Position numbers and translations under genes: made by a program. A DNA stretch of 50,329 bases from an uncultured Syntrophaceae bacterium (lineage in GTDB: Bacteria; Desulfobacterota; Syntrophia; Syntrophales; UBA2185), in NCBI GenBank assembly GCA_903893135.1, contig CAITLA010000065.1:1-50329 (forward strand), in the 5' to 3' direction. Positions 1-9,401 of the stretch are shown piece after piece; within the stretch, counting starts at the first letter, position 1, and each line of letters opens with the position of its first letter. The notes under the pieces were generated by a model, which worked only from the letters and a program-made list of their open reading frames with translations, was not told where the DNA came from and did not search any database.

Positions 1-702
1 GGCGTGTAAGACTGCCATCGTTACAAATGGCGGATACAGCACAACGACCATCTGAGCAATATACAGGACCGCCAGAAGATGTACATGACTTTCGAAAATG
101 CTGAAAATGCCATAAAAGCCAAATACAATGGGCAAGAGGAATCCGATGTACTTTCCGATCATCTTAATTTCTCCCGTCTTCCTGTTGAAATAACGAATCC
201 CCAGATCATCCAGCGTCCAAAGAAAAGAAAGCAGCAATGAAGTTATCACGGCAATGATCGTGACACCCAGGAATCGTCCAGGATTAAATTGACCCGGGGG
301 AAGGATCGCGGATGTGTTGAGCGCGGCACTCGTGTATATCTGCAATAGCGTGATAAGCTTAGTCGCCACCAGCATTGCCAGGCCGATACCCTGAAACGGA
401 CGGACCAACCAGTTTTTTAGGGTGGTGATTTTGTCATCTCCATCTTCCTTTACATGGATGAGATGCCAGTTCCTCTTGTTTGAAAGACGAGGAATGATCG
501 AACAGATGTAAGGAAGCAGAAGAAGGGGAAGTGTTAAGACAAGAGAAAGACGAAAAAAGCGAAGGAATATCTTCCAAAAAGATTCTAACCCGGTGATGAA
601 AGTAAATTCTGTGAAAAATGCAGAGATGAGTAAGGTCAGCAGAAGAACAACTATGGCCGGCCACATCAACTTGAAGCATTTAATCAGGATATTTTTATTC
701 AT
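1..702 (-). CDS. multi-pass membrane protein, uncharacterised; 3' end cut by the window edge
   Basis: This ORF is absent from the ORF track because it has no stop inside the window. Manual minus-strand translation from ATG 702-700 (MNKNILIKCFKLMWPAIVVLLLTLLISAFF...GLAMLVATKLITLLQIY...GVTIIAVITSLLLSFLW...IGFLLPIVFGFYGIF...) stays open in one frame down to base 1. The product has several hydrophobic helices. Its ATG overlaps the stop of the upstream trmO-like gene (ATGAATAA). Confidence 0.65.
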   Translation of the reverse strand, partial: MNKNILIKCFKLMWPAIVVLLLTLLISAFFTEFTFITGLESFWKIFLRFFRLSLVLTLPLLLLPYICSIIPRLSNKRNWHLIHVKEDGDDKITTLKNWLVRPFQGIGLAMLVATKLITLLQIYTSAALNTSAILPPGQFNPGRFLGVTIIAVITSLLLSFLWTLDDLGIRYFNRKTGEIKMIGKYIGFLLPIVFGFYGIFSIFESHVHLLAVLYIAQMVVVLYPPFVTMAVLHA

Positions 703-1117
703 TCCTTATGCAATCAATCTCTGGAGAGTAAGGCTTGATGTCGAGTACCGGCGTTCCTTCAAAGGCATCGAGGCCTCTCACGATGAGCCTATCGCCGTTA
801 ATGCCGAGAAGATCTATTACTGCAAGTCCAATCGGGTTCGGGCGGTTGGGCGAGCGGGTGGCAAATACTCCATGTTCCTTTCTTGAATGGGGCGGGATGG
901 CGGTGAGCGTGTGACGGTCCGCCCTATCAAGCCAGTAAAGTATGATCAAATGCGGTCGCTGTGCGATATCTTTTACCCCATCGGCGTAATCTGGAAAGAT
1001 TTCAATCTCACTTGTAGCGGTAGAAAGCCTTCCCTGGTGTGGTGCGTCGCCCTTCTTTTGGTAAGATGCGTGTATCATTCCGATGGGCACCAGTTCGAAT
1101 TTTTTCGTGGTTTTCAT
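695..1117 (-). CDS. trmO: tRNA m6t6A37 methyltransferase TrmO / TsaA (YaeB, UPF0066) family protein
   Basis: The 140-aa ORF carries the family hallmarks RSPNRPNPIGL and GTPVLDIKPY and has the typical size. Confidence 0.85.
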   Translation of the reverse strand: MKTTKKFELVPIGMIHASYQKKGDAPHQGRLSTATSEIEIFPDYADGVKDIAQRPHLIILYWLDRADRHTLTAIPPHSRKEHGVFATRSPNRPNPIGLAVIDLLGINGDRLIVRGLDAFEGTPVLDIKPYSPEIDCIRNE

Positions 1118-1332
1118 ATTCGTCCGTTCGCCTGCACAATAAGGACGTCCATGTTATGATTAAGCTTGACCTTACTCATTATGGCTATCGCCAGATTTTG
1201 CGCCGGTTTAACTCGTCCGGGCTTCAATCATAGGATTCAGCTTCCTTGTCAAAATCTCTCTTTTCCATATCATTTCTTATTTTCCCAAGGTTAGATTTTC
1301 CGTTGCGCGTTTCTTTACAGTTATTGCCGCCA

Positions 1333-3024
1333 TTATTTTAACGTCTTCACTTCAAACGGCCATCCCACAATGCCCCCCTCAATGAATTGTACTCTGTCAA
1401 ATCCGGCAGCATTCAGAATCCGTTGCGCCTCATAGCCGCGTAAACTGATCTTGCAAAAAGCCATGATATCTTTGTCTCTGGGCAGTTCAGCGGCCTTGCC
1501 TCTAAGTGCTCCCAGCGGAATGTGGAGAACATCGTAAGGCAACTGATTAGTTTGGAATTCATCGGGAGTTCGCACATCAAGCAAAAGGACATCGCCTTTT
1601 TCGATCCGCACTTTAGCTTCGAAAGCAGAAATACCCTTGGCAATACCGTCAAGTTTATTGGTTAACATGTGGGCACAAGTGGCCAGAGGATCAAGCGCCG
1701 TGCTGTAGGGCGGCGCATAACCAAAATCCACATCGGCAAGCTGGTCCAGGGTGCCTCCCATTAATATCATGCTTGCCGCCACATCCAGGCGCTTTGCACC
1801 ATTGCCGGGCCCCGCCACCTGCACGCCAACGAGTTTTCGATCCCGTCTGGAGGCAATCATCTTTATTACCAGGGGTTTGTTCTCCCGCATATAGTGAGGC
1901 AAATCGGGACCTGCCAGAGTGAATGTCTCTATGTCCATATTCAATTCCCGGGACTGTTTTTCTGTCAGACCGGTTCGTCCAATCGTAAAATCAAAAGCCC
2001 GCACGATGGATGTGCAGGTGATGCCCTTGAAAGGCGTAGGAACGCCTGCGATATGGTTAGCGATGATCCTGCCGTGTTTGTTTGCCGTCGATCCCAGGGG
2101 CACATAAAGAAAAGCGCCAACTCTGCCATTCACATAACTGTTCACCGCGCAATCGCCGCCAGCGTAGATATCTTTATTGCTCGTCTGGCAATATTCGTTA
2201 ATGACAACTCCACCCTTCTGCGCACACAGAAGCCCGACCTCCCTCGCCAGTTTATCATTGGGGCGTGTTCCCACCGCAACGACCACAATGTCCGCCTGGA
2301 TGGTCTGTTTATCGGTTCTGACGGCAGTTGCCTTTTCCTTGCCTTCAATACCAGTTACACATTCCCCCAAAACAAGATTTACGCCCTTCTGACGCAAGTG
2401 TTTAGCGGCAAACGTGGCGACATCCCTATCCAGAACGCCTGGCATGATCTGATCGATCATTTCGACGACCGTCACACCGAGACCCTGTTGAACCAGAGCC
2501 TCCGCCATTTCGATACCGATAAATCCGGCCCCTACCAGGACAGCCTTCTTCAGACCCTGTGACGCAATCTCTTTTTTCAGGCTGACCACGTGATCGGGGT
2601 GCGCAATAAACCACACATTCTTAAGATCGAGTCCGGGGATGTTCGGACGGAAGGGAGACCCTCCGGTGGCCAGAACAAGCTTGTCATAGGCCATATCTTC
2701 TTCGGCGCCGGTTTCCAGGTTTTTTACGCGGACAGCCTTTTTCGCTGGATCGATTTTCAGCGCCTCCATTTGTGTCAACACCTTCACGCCTTTAACCTTC
2801 TCAAAAAAGGCGGGTGTTCTGGGAACACCAACAGGCGTCTTGATCAGTTCATCAACATCGGAAAACAAACCCTCCACATAATAGGGAAGACCGCAGGCGC
2901 CATAAGAAACGACTTTGCCCTTTTCAATTATGGTAATTTCCGCGTCAGGACGCAGACGCTTCAGCCTCGATGCAGTTTTTGGCCCACAGGCCACTCCGCC
3001 GATAATAAGTATCTTAAACGACAT
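1333..3024 (-). CDS. CoA-disulfide reductase / NADH oxidase family flavoprotein with C-terminal rhodanese domain
   Basis: The 563-aa ORF has a GxGxxG FAD fold (IIGGVACGP) and the redox Cys in SYGACGLPYY. It also has a second Rossmann fold (VLVGAGFIGIE) and the YAGGDC motif. The C-terminal ~100 aa form a rhodanese-like domain with a Cys loop (FCKISLRG). Confidence 0.9.
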   Translation of the reverse strand: MSFKILIIGGVACGPKTASRLKRLRPDAEITIIEKGKVVSYGACGLPYYVEGLFSDVDELIKTPVGVPRTPAFFEKVKGVKVLTQMEALKIDPAKKAVRVKNLETGAEEDMAYDKLVLATGGSPFRPNIPGLDLKNVWFIAHPDHVVSLKKEIASQGLKKAVLVGAGFIGIEMAEALVQQGLGVTVVEMIDQIMPGVLDRDVATFAAKHLRQKGVNLVLGECVTGIEGKEKATAVRTDKQTIQADIVVVAVGTRPNDKLAREVGLLCAQKGGVVINEYCQTSNKDIYAGGDCAVNSYVNGRVGAFLYVPLGSTANKHGRIIANHIAGVPTPFKGITCTSIVRAFDFTIGRTGLTEKQSRELNMDIETFTLAGPDLPHYMRENKPLVIKMIASRRDRKLVGVQVAGPGNGAKRLDVAASMILMGGTLDQLADVDFGYAPPYSTALDPLATCAHMLTNKLDGIAKGISAFEAKVRIEKGDVLLLDVRTPDEFQTNQLPYDVLHIPLGALRGKAAELPRDKDIMAFCKISLRGYEAQRILNAAGFDRVQFIEGGIVGWPFEVKTLK

Positions 3025-3060
3025 AATCTGATTTCTCCTTTAATCTATAGATCATCCCGA

Positions 3061-3438
3061 TCAGTGCGCGCACCTGCCGCCCGAATGGCCTGCACAGGTA
3101 TTTTCTTCCAAAAATTGCGGCAATTTGCCGTCTTGAATGAGATCAATATTCTGTTGGACGGTGCCCTCAGCACCGCGGTAAACCTTGATCCCCTGGGCTT
3201 GCAGCTTCATCAGGGCGCCCATGCCGATACCTGCAACAACCACGGCATCAACCTTAAATCCTCCCAGAGCTTTGAGAGGCTGACACATGCCATGGGCATG
3301 ATGCAGATCGTTATTGTTGATTTCTTCCACGCTCATCTTTCCCGTATCCACAATGACAAAGCCGGGCGCAGACCCGAAATGTCCATAAACTCTGCTATCC
3401 AGTCCTTGCAATGTTTCAGTTGGAAAACAAACCTTCAT
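3061..3438 (-). CDS. NifB-C/NifX/NafY-like (dinitrogenase FeMo-cofactor biosynthesis domain) protein
   Basis: The 125-aa ORF shows HFGSAPGFVIVD and VVVAGIGMGA stretches typical of this small domain family. It lies next to a DUF134 gene, which is the usual pairing. Confidence 0.75.
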   Translation of the reverse strand: MKVCFPTETLQGLDSRVYGHFGSAPGFVIVDTGKMSVEEINNNDLHHAHGMCQPLKALGGFKVDAVVVAGIGMGALMKLQAQGIKVYRGAEGTVQQNIDLIQDGKLPQFLEENTCAGHSGGRCAH

Positions 3439-3551
3439 ACTATTATCTCCTCTTTATTTTTCATTAATACGAAAATTGACGTCATTTCCTTCCTCACCCC
3501 CTTTGCAAAAGGAGGCTGGAGGGATTTGCTCTGTAATGACGAGTGTTTTGC

Positions 3552-4022
3552 TTAAGACCTGCTGAATCCGCTCTTGCGCTGGCACTCTCCACCGAGCCTT
3601 CTTCGTCCTCGCTGCACTTCAGATCGGCATATGGTCGCATCCTTGCAAGCCTGGCATTCTGTGGGTCTGCCCGTACCAAAAGGCACATCCCACGTATGCT
3701 GACATTTCAGACATTTAAAAGTTCGCTTCTGGACCATTTTGATTTCACCTCCTTCAATGCGAAGGGCAAGACCTTTGACCAGCACCTGAGACACCTTGTG
3801 CCTTGCCGCTTGAATAATCCTTCCGAAAGTCTGCCGTGAGACTTTCATCTGTTCTGCCGCCTTATCATGGTAAAGCCCATCAAAATCGGCCAGCCGGATA
3901 GCCTCAAACTCATCCATGGATAAAACCACTTCATCAATGGCGGATACAGGCACTCCAACGGGCTTGAATATCTCGCAGCCCGGCTCTCCCGCCACTCTCC
4001 GGCAACATTTGGGTCTGGCCAT
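3552..4022 (-). CDS. DUF134 (UPF0251) family putative DNA-binding protein with C-terminal zinc ribbon
   Basis: The 156-aa ORF begins MARPKCCRRV...FKPVG, followed by an HTH-like segment (MKVSRQTFGRII). It ends with a CxxC...CxxC ribbon (CLKC...CQAC). Confidence 0.75.
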   Translation of the reverse strand: MARPKCCRRVAGEPGCEIFKPVGVPVSAIDEVVLSMDEFEAIRLADFDGLYHDKAAEQMKVSRQTFGRIIQAARHKVSQVLVKGLALRIEGGEIKMVQKRTFKCLKCQHTWDVPFGTGRPTECQACKDATICRSEVQRGRRRLGGECQRKSGFSRS

Positions 4023-4137
4023 TATTTTTTCTCCTTGACATTATTATAAGCATATGCTCATAACTTGTCAAGTAAAAAAGTGACCATTTGTGAGTAGTGT
4101 GTTATCCTGATAAAAAGAAGAAGGGGCTTTATGGAAT

Positions 4138-4386
4138 ATGCCGATCTATGAATATGAATGCGCCATATGCGGAAGAATTTCTGAATTCCTTGAGGGGATG
4201 ACGCAGGAAAAATCCGCCAGGGGGTGCAGTTCCTGCGGGAGCGAAGATTTAACAAGAATCCTGTCAAAGGGTGTCCAATCTAGAATGGGTCAGTTAATGG
4301 GCTCTCAAGGAGGTAAGACCTGTTGCGGGAGAGAGGAGCGCTGCGACACAGCGCCGTGCGCGCAGGGAGCAGCATGTCACAAATGA
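4138..4386 (+). CDS. FmdB-family zinc-ribbon protein (CxxC_CxxC_SSSS) with Cys-rich tail
   Basis: The 82-aa ORF starts MPIYEYECAICG and contains CSSCGS. Its tail is GGKTCCGREERCDTAPCAQGAACHK. Confidence 0.8.
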   Translation: MPIYEYECAICGRISEFLEGMTQEKSARGCSSCGSEDLTRILSKGVQSRMGQLMGSQGGKTCCGREERCDTAPCAQGAACHK

Positions 4387-4459
4387 AATTCCCCATCGCA
4401 AGGTTGTACAGAATGCGTACAATAGAAAATATATAGCAAGGTTACGCAGGAGTTAAAAA

Positions 4460-4885
4460 ATGGAAGAAGAAAAAATAACAAAAGAAATGATGGAATTGCT
4501 TTTTGAAAAAACTAAGGGGCTTTTTTCAGAAAAAGTCATCGATTATGGAACGAACCCGAGGAATTACGGGGCGATTGAGAATCCTGAAGGATATGCAAAG
4601 ATCACCGGACCATGCGGTGATACTGTGGAAATATTTCTACGGGTGAAAAAAGGTAAAATTGAAGACATTCGATACACCACCAATGGCTGCATGACATCCC
4701 ATGCTGCGGTCTCTGCAGCTACCGTGATGGCGAAGGGAAAAGCCCCGAAGGACTGTATCAGAATTAACCAGAGTTCCATCCTGGACCATTTGGGAGGGAT
4801 GCCGGAAGACGCCAAGCATTGTGCTCTCCTTGCCGCCACAACACTGCACAGAGCACTTAGAAATTTTGCCGTCGGGAAAAAATAA
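4460..4885 (+). CDS. IscU/NifU N-domain-like Fe-S cluster scaffold protein
   Basis: The 141-aa ORF has three ligand-Cys contexts: GPCGD, NGCMTS and AKHCALLA. Confidence 0.85.
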   Translation: MEEEKITKEMMELLFEKTKGLFSEKVIDYGTNPRNYGAIENPEGYAKITGPCGDTVEIFLRVKKGKIEDIRYTTNGCMTSHAAVSAATVMAKGKAPKDCIRINQSSILDHLGGMPEDAKHCALLAATTLHRALRNFAVGKK

Positions 4886-5020
4886 AGGATGCAATATAAA
4901 ACGCTGATCAGTCTGGAGTGTATGGATGCCGGTTGCATAGGCATTCTCGTCGTCTTGACAGCCTACAAAATATAACGGCTCTTTCAATAGTAAAATTTCT
5001 TTGAGGAAGTGATGTAGCAG

Positions 5021-6070
5021 ATGACCATGGCTGTACTGCAAAAATCCCTTGCCAATCATTTTGCTCGGTGGTGGGAATTCGAGCGGATGCCATGGCTCGA
5101 CTGGGTACAGGTTGAAGTCACATCGCGGTGCAACGCGGCCTGCACCTACTGCCCGAGAACAGTATACCGATCCAACTGGCTCGACACAGACCTTTCACTT
5201 GACAAGTTCGAGAGAATGCTTCCCCTTTTCGCCACGGCAAGGATGATTCATCTACAGGGATGGGGTGAGCCATTTCTGCACACTGGCTTCTTCGAAATGG
5301 TCGCACGTCTGAAGAAGATCGGTTGCAAGATAAGTACGACAACAAACGGTATGTTGCTCAACCGCCGGGAGATCGGCAGGCTCGTCGAGAGCGGTATAGA
5401 CCATATTGCGTTCTCTTTAGCAGGCATAGGCGAGAAGAACGACACTGTGCGCAAAAAGACAGAATACAGAACGATCCTTCAGGCCATTACCGACCTTGCT
5501 GCCGAGAAAAGGGCTCGTCGTGTCGATACGCCAACGGTCAACATTGCCTTCTTGCTCCTCCGCTCATATCTTCGAGACATCCACAGGATAATCCCGGCAT
5601 TCAAGGACCACGGGATAGAGCAGGTGATCATCAGTACCCTTGACTTCGTTCCGAGTAAAGACCTGCGGGAGGAGATCCTTGCGCCGGCAGATGAAAACAT
5701 GCACGACGAGTTGAAAACCCTGCTTGATGGACTGGTAAGGGAGGGTGACCGGGCAGGACTGAATATCTACTATCGACTGGTCTCGCCGGGAAAGAGAAGC
5801 CGCATCTGCACAGAAAACATCGAGAGAGCACTTTTTGTGTCTGCAGACGGCACCATCTCTCCATGCGCTTTCGCAAACATTTCTGCCTCAGGAATTTCCC
5901 ACATGGCAGGTGAGCGTGAAAAAGTATATCAGCGTCTTACCTTCGGCAATGCCACGGACGAGTCGATTCTTGCCATCTGGCAAAGTGAGGGCTACGCTTC
6001 GTTCCGAACTTCCTTCGATTCGAAGCTCCATCCAATCTGCCAGGGATGTCCGAAGCTGTATGAGGTGTAA
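5021..6070 (+). CDS. radical SAM protein with SPASM/twitch-like C-terminal Cys domain
   Basis: The 349-aa ORF has the CxxxCxxC motif (CNAACTYC) and GWGEPF. Its C-terminal Cys cluster is C...DGTISPC...CQGC. The start is uncertain; an internal Met at 5087 (MPWLDW) is also possible. Confidence 0.8.
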   Translation: MTMAVLQKSLANHFARWWEFERMPWLDWVQVEVTSRCNAACTYCPRTVYRSNWLDTDLSLDKFERMLPLFATARMIHLQGWGEPFLHTGFFEMVARLKKIGCKISTTTNGMLLNRREIGRLVESGIDHIAFSLAGIGEKNDTVRKKTEYRTILQAITDLAAEKRARRVDTPTVNIAFLLLRSYLRDIHRIIPAFKDHGIEQVIISTLDFVPSKDLREEILAPADENMHDELKTLLDGLVREGDRAGLNIYYRLVSPGKRSRICTENIERALFVSADGTISPCAFANISASGISHMAGEREKVYQRLTFGNATDESILAIWQSEGYASFRTSFDSKLHPICQGCPKLYEV

Positions 6071-6094
6071 TTTATTAAACAAGGCTCCATTTAA

Positions 6095-6565
6095 CTATGA
6101 TTCCTCGAGCACATATCGCACCTTCATTTTCAAATCCTTGCGGAGGGAGTTATAAACAGAACAATACTTATCATGAGACAAGGATACGGCACGATCGACC
6201 TTCTGGGCATTAAGGTTCTTCCCTCCTATATACAAGACGATCTCAATGGCCTTGAAATACTGCGGTGGTGTCGGGTTTCGCTCTCCCATGAGTTCCATCT
6301 TGAAACTTGTCAGTGGGACCCTCATCTTCTGCAAAAACATTACAATGTCGATCCCCATGCAACCGGCGAGGCTCAGAAGCAGGGCCTCTGTCGGTTTGCA
6401 ACCCCATTGGGCATGGGCATCGAATTCTATCTCATATCCCTGTTGGGTCGTGCCCACAAAGATAAGATCCTTATCCCACGTCAGTGTCGTCTTTGTGATT
6501 GGTACGATTTTTTCCTTGTAGCCCGTGAGAGACTCTTCCAGTAAGTCTTTCTCTTCGCTTGGCAT
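6095..6565 (-). CDS. OsmC/Ohr family peroxiredoxin-like protein
   Basis: The 156-aa ORF has the two conserved Cys contexts LAGCMG and DKYCSV. Confidence 0.8.
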   Translation of the reverse strand: MPSEEKDLLEESLTGYKEKIVPITKTTLTWDKDLIFVGTTQQGYEIEFDAHAQWGCKPTEALLLSLAGCMGIDIVMFLQKMRVPLTSFKMELMGERNPTPPQYFKAIEIVLYIGGKNLNAQKVDRAVSLSHDKYCSVYNSLRKDLKMKVRYVLEES

Positions 6566-6656
6566 CTTTCTTTCTCCTTATTCGGCGAAACGATCAAAAG
6601 ACCCTGCCGAACCAGTTCCGACCGACGGATGCATGATTTTCATTTTACATCCCGGG

Positions 6657-8108
6657 TCAATCCTTGATCCCGGCAATTTCTTTGGCCAGCTTCTTTTTAT
6701 GATCGAGATTTCCCTGGCGTGAGATCATGATGCGTTGCGCCTGCGGTGAGCCTGCGCCATGCATGGATTCGGTCCGGTATCCCACTGCCGCCGTCCCCAG
6801 CGTGATATTTTCAATCAACCGCAAAACGCGGCAGCGATGTTCAGTCGGAACCGACGCAACCCCTTTGAAATATTTTTCCACTATCTTACCGATCTCAGGG
6901 TGGCGCAGATCCTGTTCGGAGGCCATCGTTACCATCAAGCCCCCCGCGATATCCTCCGCAAGTCTCGCGATTTCGTAGGGGAGACGCGTAACATTCTGTT
7001 TGCAGACATTAGCGAGCAGCAGATCAATCAGGTAGTTCCCGGATGAGGTCTGGTGCCCTTCCGCCGAACAGGCAATCCCGCAGGCGTAAAGGGTCTCATT
7101 GAGGTGCATCATTTCGATCAGTTTGTCCTTGATGTGGGATGCCTTGGCTGCACCGTTGTAATCGGCAGCCAGAGCCGCCGCGCCGATGAGCACGTCGCCG
7201 ACACCGACCTTGCAGCCGCCATAACTCTGGCGGTGATACCCGGCAAACCTTTCCACCAGGGCGCCGCTGTATTCGTATTCGCCGCACATGAATACGTTTT
7301 CCCAGGGGACAAATAGATTGTCAAAGACCATCAGTGCCTCGTGGCCCCCGAATTGTTTATTACCCACGTCGATTTCACCGCCTTCGAGTTTCCGCGTGTC
7401 GCAGGACTGGCGGCCGTAGATGTACAATATACCCTCGGCGTCCGCAGGCGCCACGAAGGAAAGGGCATAATCGCTGTCCTCCTTCGTCATGGTCATCGTC
7501 GGCATTACAAGAATCCAGTGGGAATTGAGGGCCCCTGTCTGGTGGGCCTTCGCGCCCCGGACGACAATGCCGTCTTTTCTTTTATCGACCACGCGCGTGT
7601 AGAGGTCAGGATCGGCCTGCTTGCCGGGCGAGAGGCTGCGGTCGCCCTTAGGGTCCGTCATGGCGCCATCCACCGTGAGGTCTTCTTCCTGCATCATCAG
7701 CAGGAACTTGATGAATCGCTCATGGTATTTGGTGCCAAGTTTCTTATCCATCTCGAAGGCGACGCTGTCCACGGCATTGATGGCATCCATTCCAACGCAG
7801 CGCTGAAAACATGCCCCCGTTTTCTGCCCCATGAGCCTCTGCATCTTCACCTTCTTTATCAAATCTTCAGTGTTCCGGTGTATGTGACAGAAGCGGTTGA
7901 TCTTTTTTCCTGTCAGGTGCGATGTCGCAGTCATCAGATCCTCATGCTGGGGATTCTGGGCCAGGGCGTATGTCATCTTTACCGAATTCATTGAGGGCCT
8001 GATGATCGGATGGTCGACGGGATTTTCCACCCGCTCACCCATCAAGTAGATTTTAAAATTCATTTTACGCAGGCTCTCTTCATATTGTTCAGGTGTTTTT
8101 AGTGCCAT
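6657..8108 (-). CDS. abfD: 4-hydroxybutyryl-CoA dehydratase / vinylacetyl-CoA isomerase family protein (copy 1)
   Basis: The 483-aa ORF has the N-terminus MALKTPEQYEESLRK, a Cys pair in CFQRCVG consistent with the [4Fe-4S] site, and the family-typical length. A paralog lies at 19409-20860. Confidence 0.8.
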   Translation of the reverse strand: MALKTPEQYEESLRKMNFKIYLMGERVENPVDHPIIRPSMNSVKMTYALAQNPQHEDLMTATSHLTGKKINRFCHIHRNTEDLIKKVKMQRLMGQKTGACFQRCVGMDAINAVDSVAFEMDKKLGTKYHERFIKFLLMMQEEDLTVDGAMTDPKGDRSLSPGKQADPDLYTRVVDKRKDGIVVRGAKAHQTGALNSHWILVMPTMTMTKEDSDYALSFVAPADAEGILYIYGRQSCDTRKLEGGEIDVGNKQFGGHEALMVFDNLFVPWENVFMCGEYEYSGALVERFAGYHRQSYGGCKVGVGDVLIGAAALAADYNGAAKASHIKDKLIEMMHLNETLYACGIACSAEGHQTSSGNYLIDLLLANVCKQNVTRLPYEIARLAEDIAGGLMVTMASEQDLRHPEIGKIVEKYFKGVASVPTEHRCRVLRLIENITLGTAAVGYRTESMHGAGSPQAQRIMISRQGNLDHKKKLAKEIAGIKD

Positions 8109-8134
8109 ATCAGTTGCTCCTCATATAAGATTTG

Positions 8135-9355
8135 TTACTTATGATTCTCGACGTAAGGGTAGTAGCTCTGGACCACGTCCAGTCTTCCCAATTGTCCGCC
8201 GCCCAGCCAGATCTGGATAATCTTGCTGTCCCTGAGATATTTTTCCACGTGGTAATCGCGGGCATACCCGTATGAACCCATGAGTTCCATAGCCCTGTTA
8301 CAGACAGTCTCGGTGACATCACAGGCGTACACCTTTGCTGCACTGGCGCGAGCCATCAGATAATCCTCACCGGGATTTCCGTATTTCTTTCGGTTGTTGA
8401 ACATGGCTGCCACGGAGAGGTAAAAGGCGCGCGCTGATTCGATGCCGATCGCCATATCTGCGATCATGGCGGCCTGCAGGGAATGGTTGCGAACGGGCTT
8501 CCCTCCATAGAATCTATTCTTGGTATACTCTATAACAATCTCCAAAACGGCCTGGGCGTTTCCCAGCGTCATGGGAGCGCTCGTCAGTCGTCCCCAGCCA
8601 ATGTTGGCCCTGAAAAGCTGCCAGTCAATGCCGGGTCCCCCGGCTCTATATTCTTTGGGTACCCTCACGTTATCGAAGTAGATGGCCGTATTCACGTCCG
8701 TCACCTTCATGCCCATTTTTTCTTCCGCTTTGCCAAAGGAAAGCCCGGGGGTATCTTTGGGGACATAGATGAGCGCCATAGCATCTTCCTTCTGGTTGGG
8801 ATCGGTTGTGCAGACGACACAGTAGATGTCCGCAATGCTGGCGCCGCTGGGCCACATCTTTTCACCGTTAATCACCCATTCGTTCCCGTCCAGTTTGGCC
8901 CTGGTTCTAATGGTAAGGCCGTGTTCTGCCGCATCTTCGATATTGCAGCCCCCGGCCGGTTCGGTAATAGCCAGACAGCCGCAGCGCGGCGTGTCTCCAC
9001 AGAACATGGGAATGAACTTATCCATGAGGACTTTGTTGCGCGCGCCCATCGCTCCCGCCAGACACCAGGGTATGATAAGCGAATGAAGGGATACGCCGCT
9101 GTCCCCTCGGGATAATTCTTCAGTGATGGCACAGACCGTGGTTGCGGACCGGATTCCCAGACCTCCATATTCGGGAGAAAACCCCCGCTTCTGGATACCT
9201 AGCTTAACCAGGTCCTCATAGACTTTCTCAAAGACGGAATAATCTTCGTCCAACTTGAGACGAACCGGCATCATTTCATTGTCAACATATTTCCGGATTA
9301 CCGTCAGGAAAGCGAGATCTTCCTCGGATGTGATAAAATCTCCATACCGCTTCAT
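8135..9355 (-). CDS. acyl-CoA dehydrogenase family protein
   Basis: The 406-aa ORF has an ACAD-type middle-domain motif (GCLAITEPAGGCN) and a three-domain length. It lies 26 nt downstream of the Fe-ADH gene and upstream of abfD on the same strand. Confidence 0.85.
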   Translation of the reverse strand: MKRYGDFITSEEDLAFLTVIRKYVDNEMMPVRLKLDEDYSVFEKVYEDLVKLGIQKRGFSPEYGGLGIRSATTVCAITEELSRGDSGVSLHSLIIPWCLAGAMGARNKVLMDKFIPMFCGDTPRCGCLAITEPAGGCNIEDAAEHGLTIRTRAKLDGNEWVINGEKMWPSGASIADIYCVVCTTDPNQKEDAMALIYVPKDTPGLSFGKAEEKMGMKVTDVNTAIYFDNVRVPKEYRAGGPGIDWQLFRANIGWGRLTSAPMTLGNAQAVLEIVIEYTKNRFYGGKPVRNHSLQAAMIADMAIGIESARAFYLSVAAMFNNRKKYGNPGEDYLMARASAAKVYACDVTETVCNRAMELMGSYGYARDYHVEKYLRDSKIIQIWLGGGQLGRLDVVQSYYPYVENHK

Positions 9356-9401
9356 ACAGATTCCCTCCTCATGTAAAAAAATCTACTGCCCCGGCGGTTA
9401 C

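Noticed and set aside
434-679. An 81-aa minus-strand ORF from the track.
   Set aside because: It lies in a different frame from the continuous membrane-protein ORF (702 down to 1) that overlaps it. Its product is Ser/His/Cys-rich and has no RBS.
2590-3555. A 321-aa plus-strand ORF.
   Set aside because: It is antisense to the CoADR-rhodanese and NifX-like genes, which carry clear motifs. It is a shadow ORF.
4384-4425. A possible UGA recoding at the end of the first FmdB gene. The TGA is followed by 12 open codons (NSPSQGCTECVQ), a TAG, and a 6-bp hairpin at 4403-4421.
   Set aside because: The hairpin loop (AGAAUGC) has no GGU. The extension is very short, and FmdB tails vary, so homology gives no expectation. 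I cannot fully exclude recoding; bSECISearch and ortholog alignment would settle it.
4889-4975. A 28-aa ORF (MQYKTLISLECMDAGCIGILVVLTAYKI) just upstream of the radical SAM/SPASM gene, considered as a possible precursor peptide.
   Set aside because: The only purine-rich stretch (AAAGG) abuts the ATG directly, so it has no usable RBS spacing. The peptide is mostly hydrophobic, and no conservation can be assessed. It is too weak to call.
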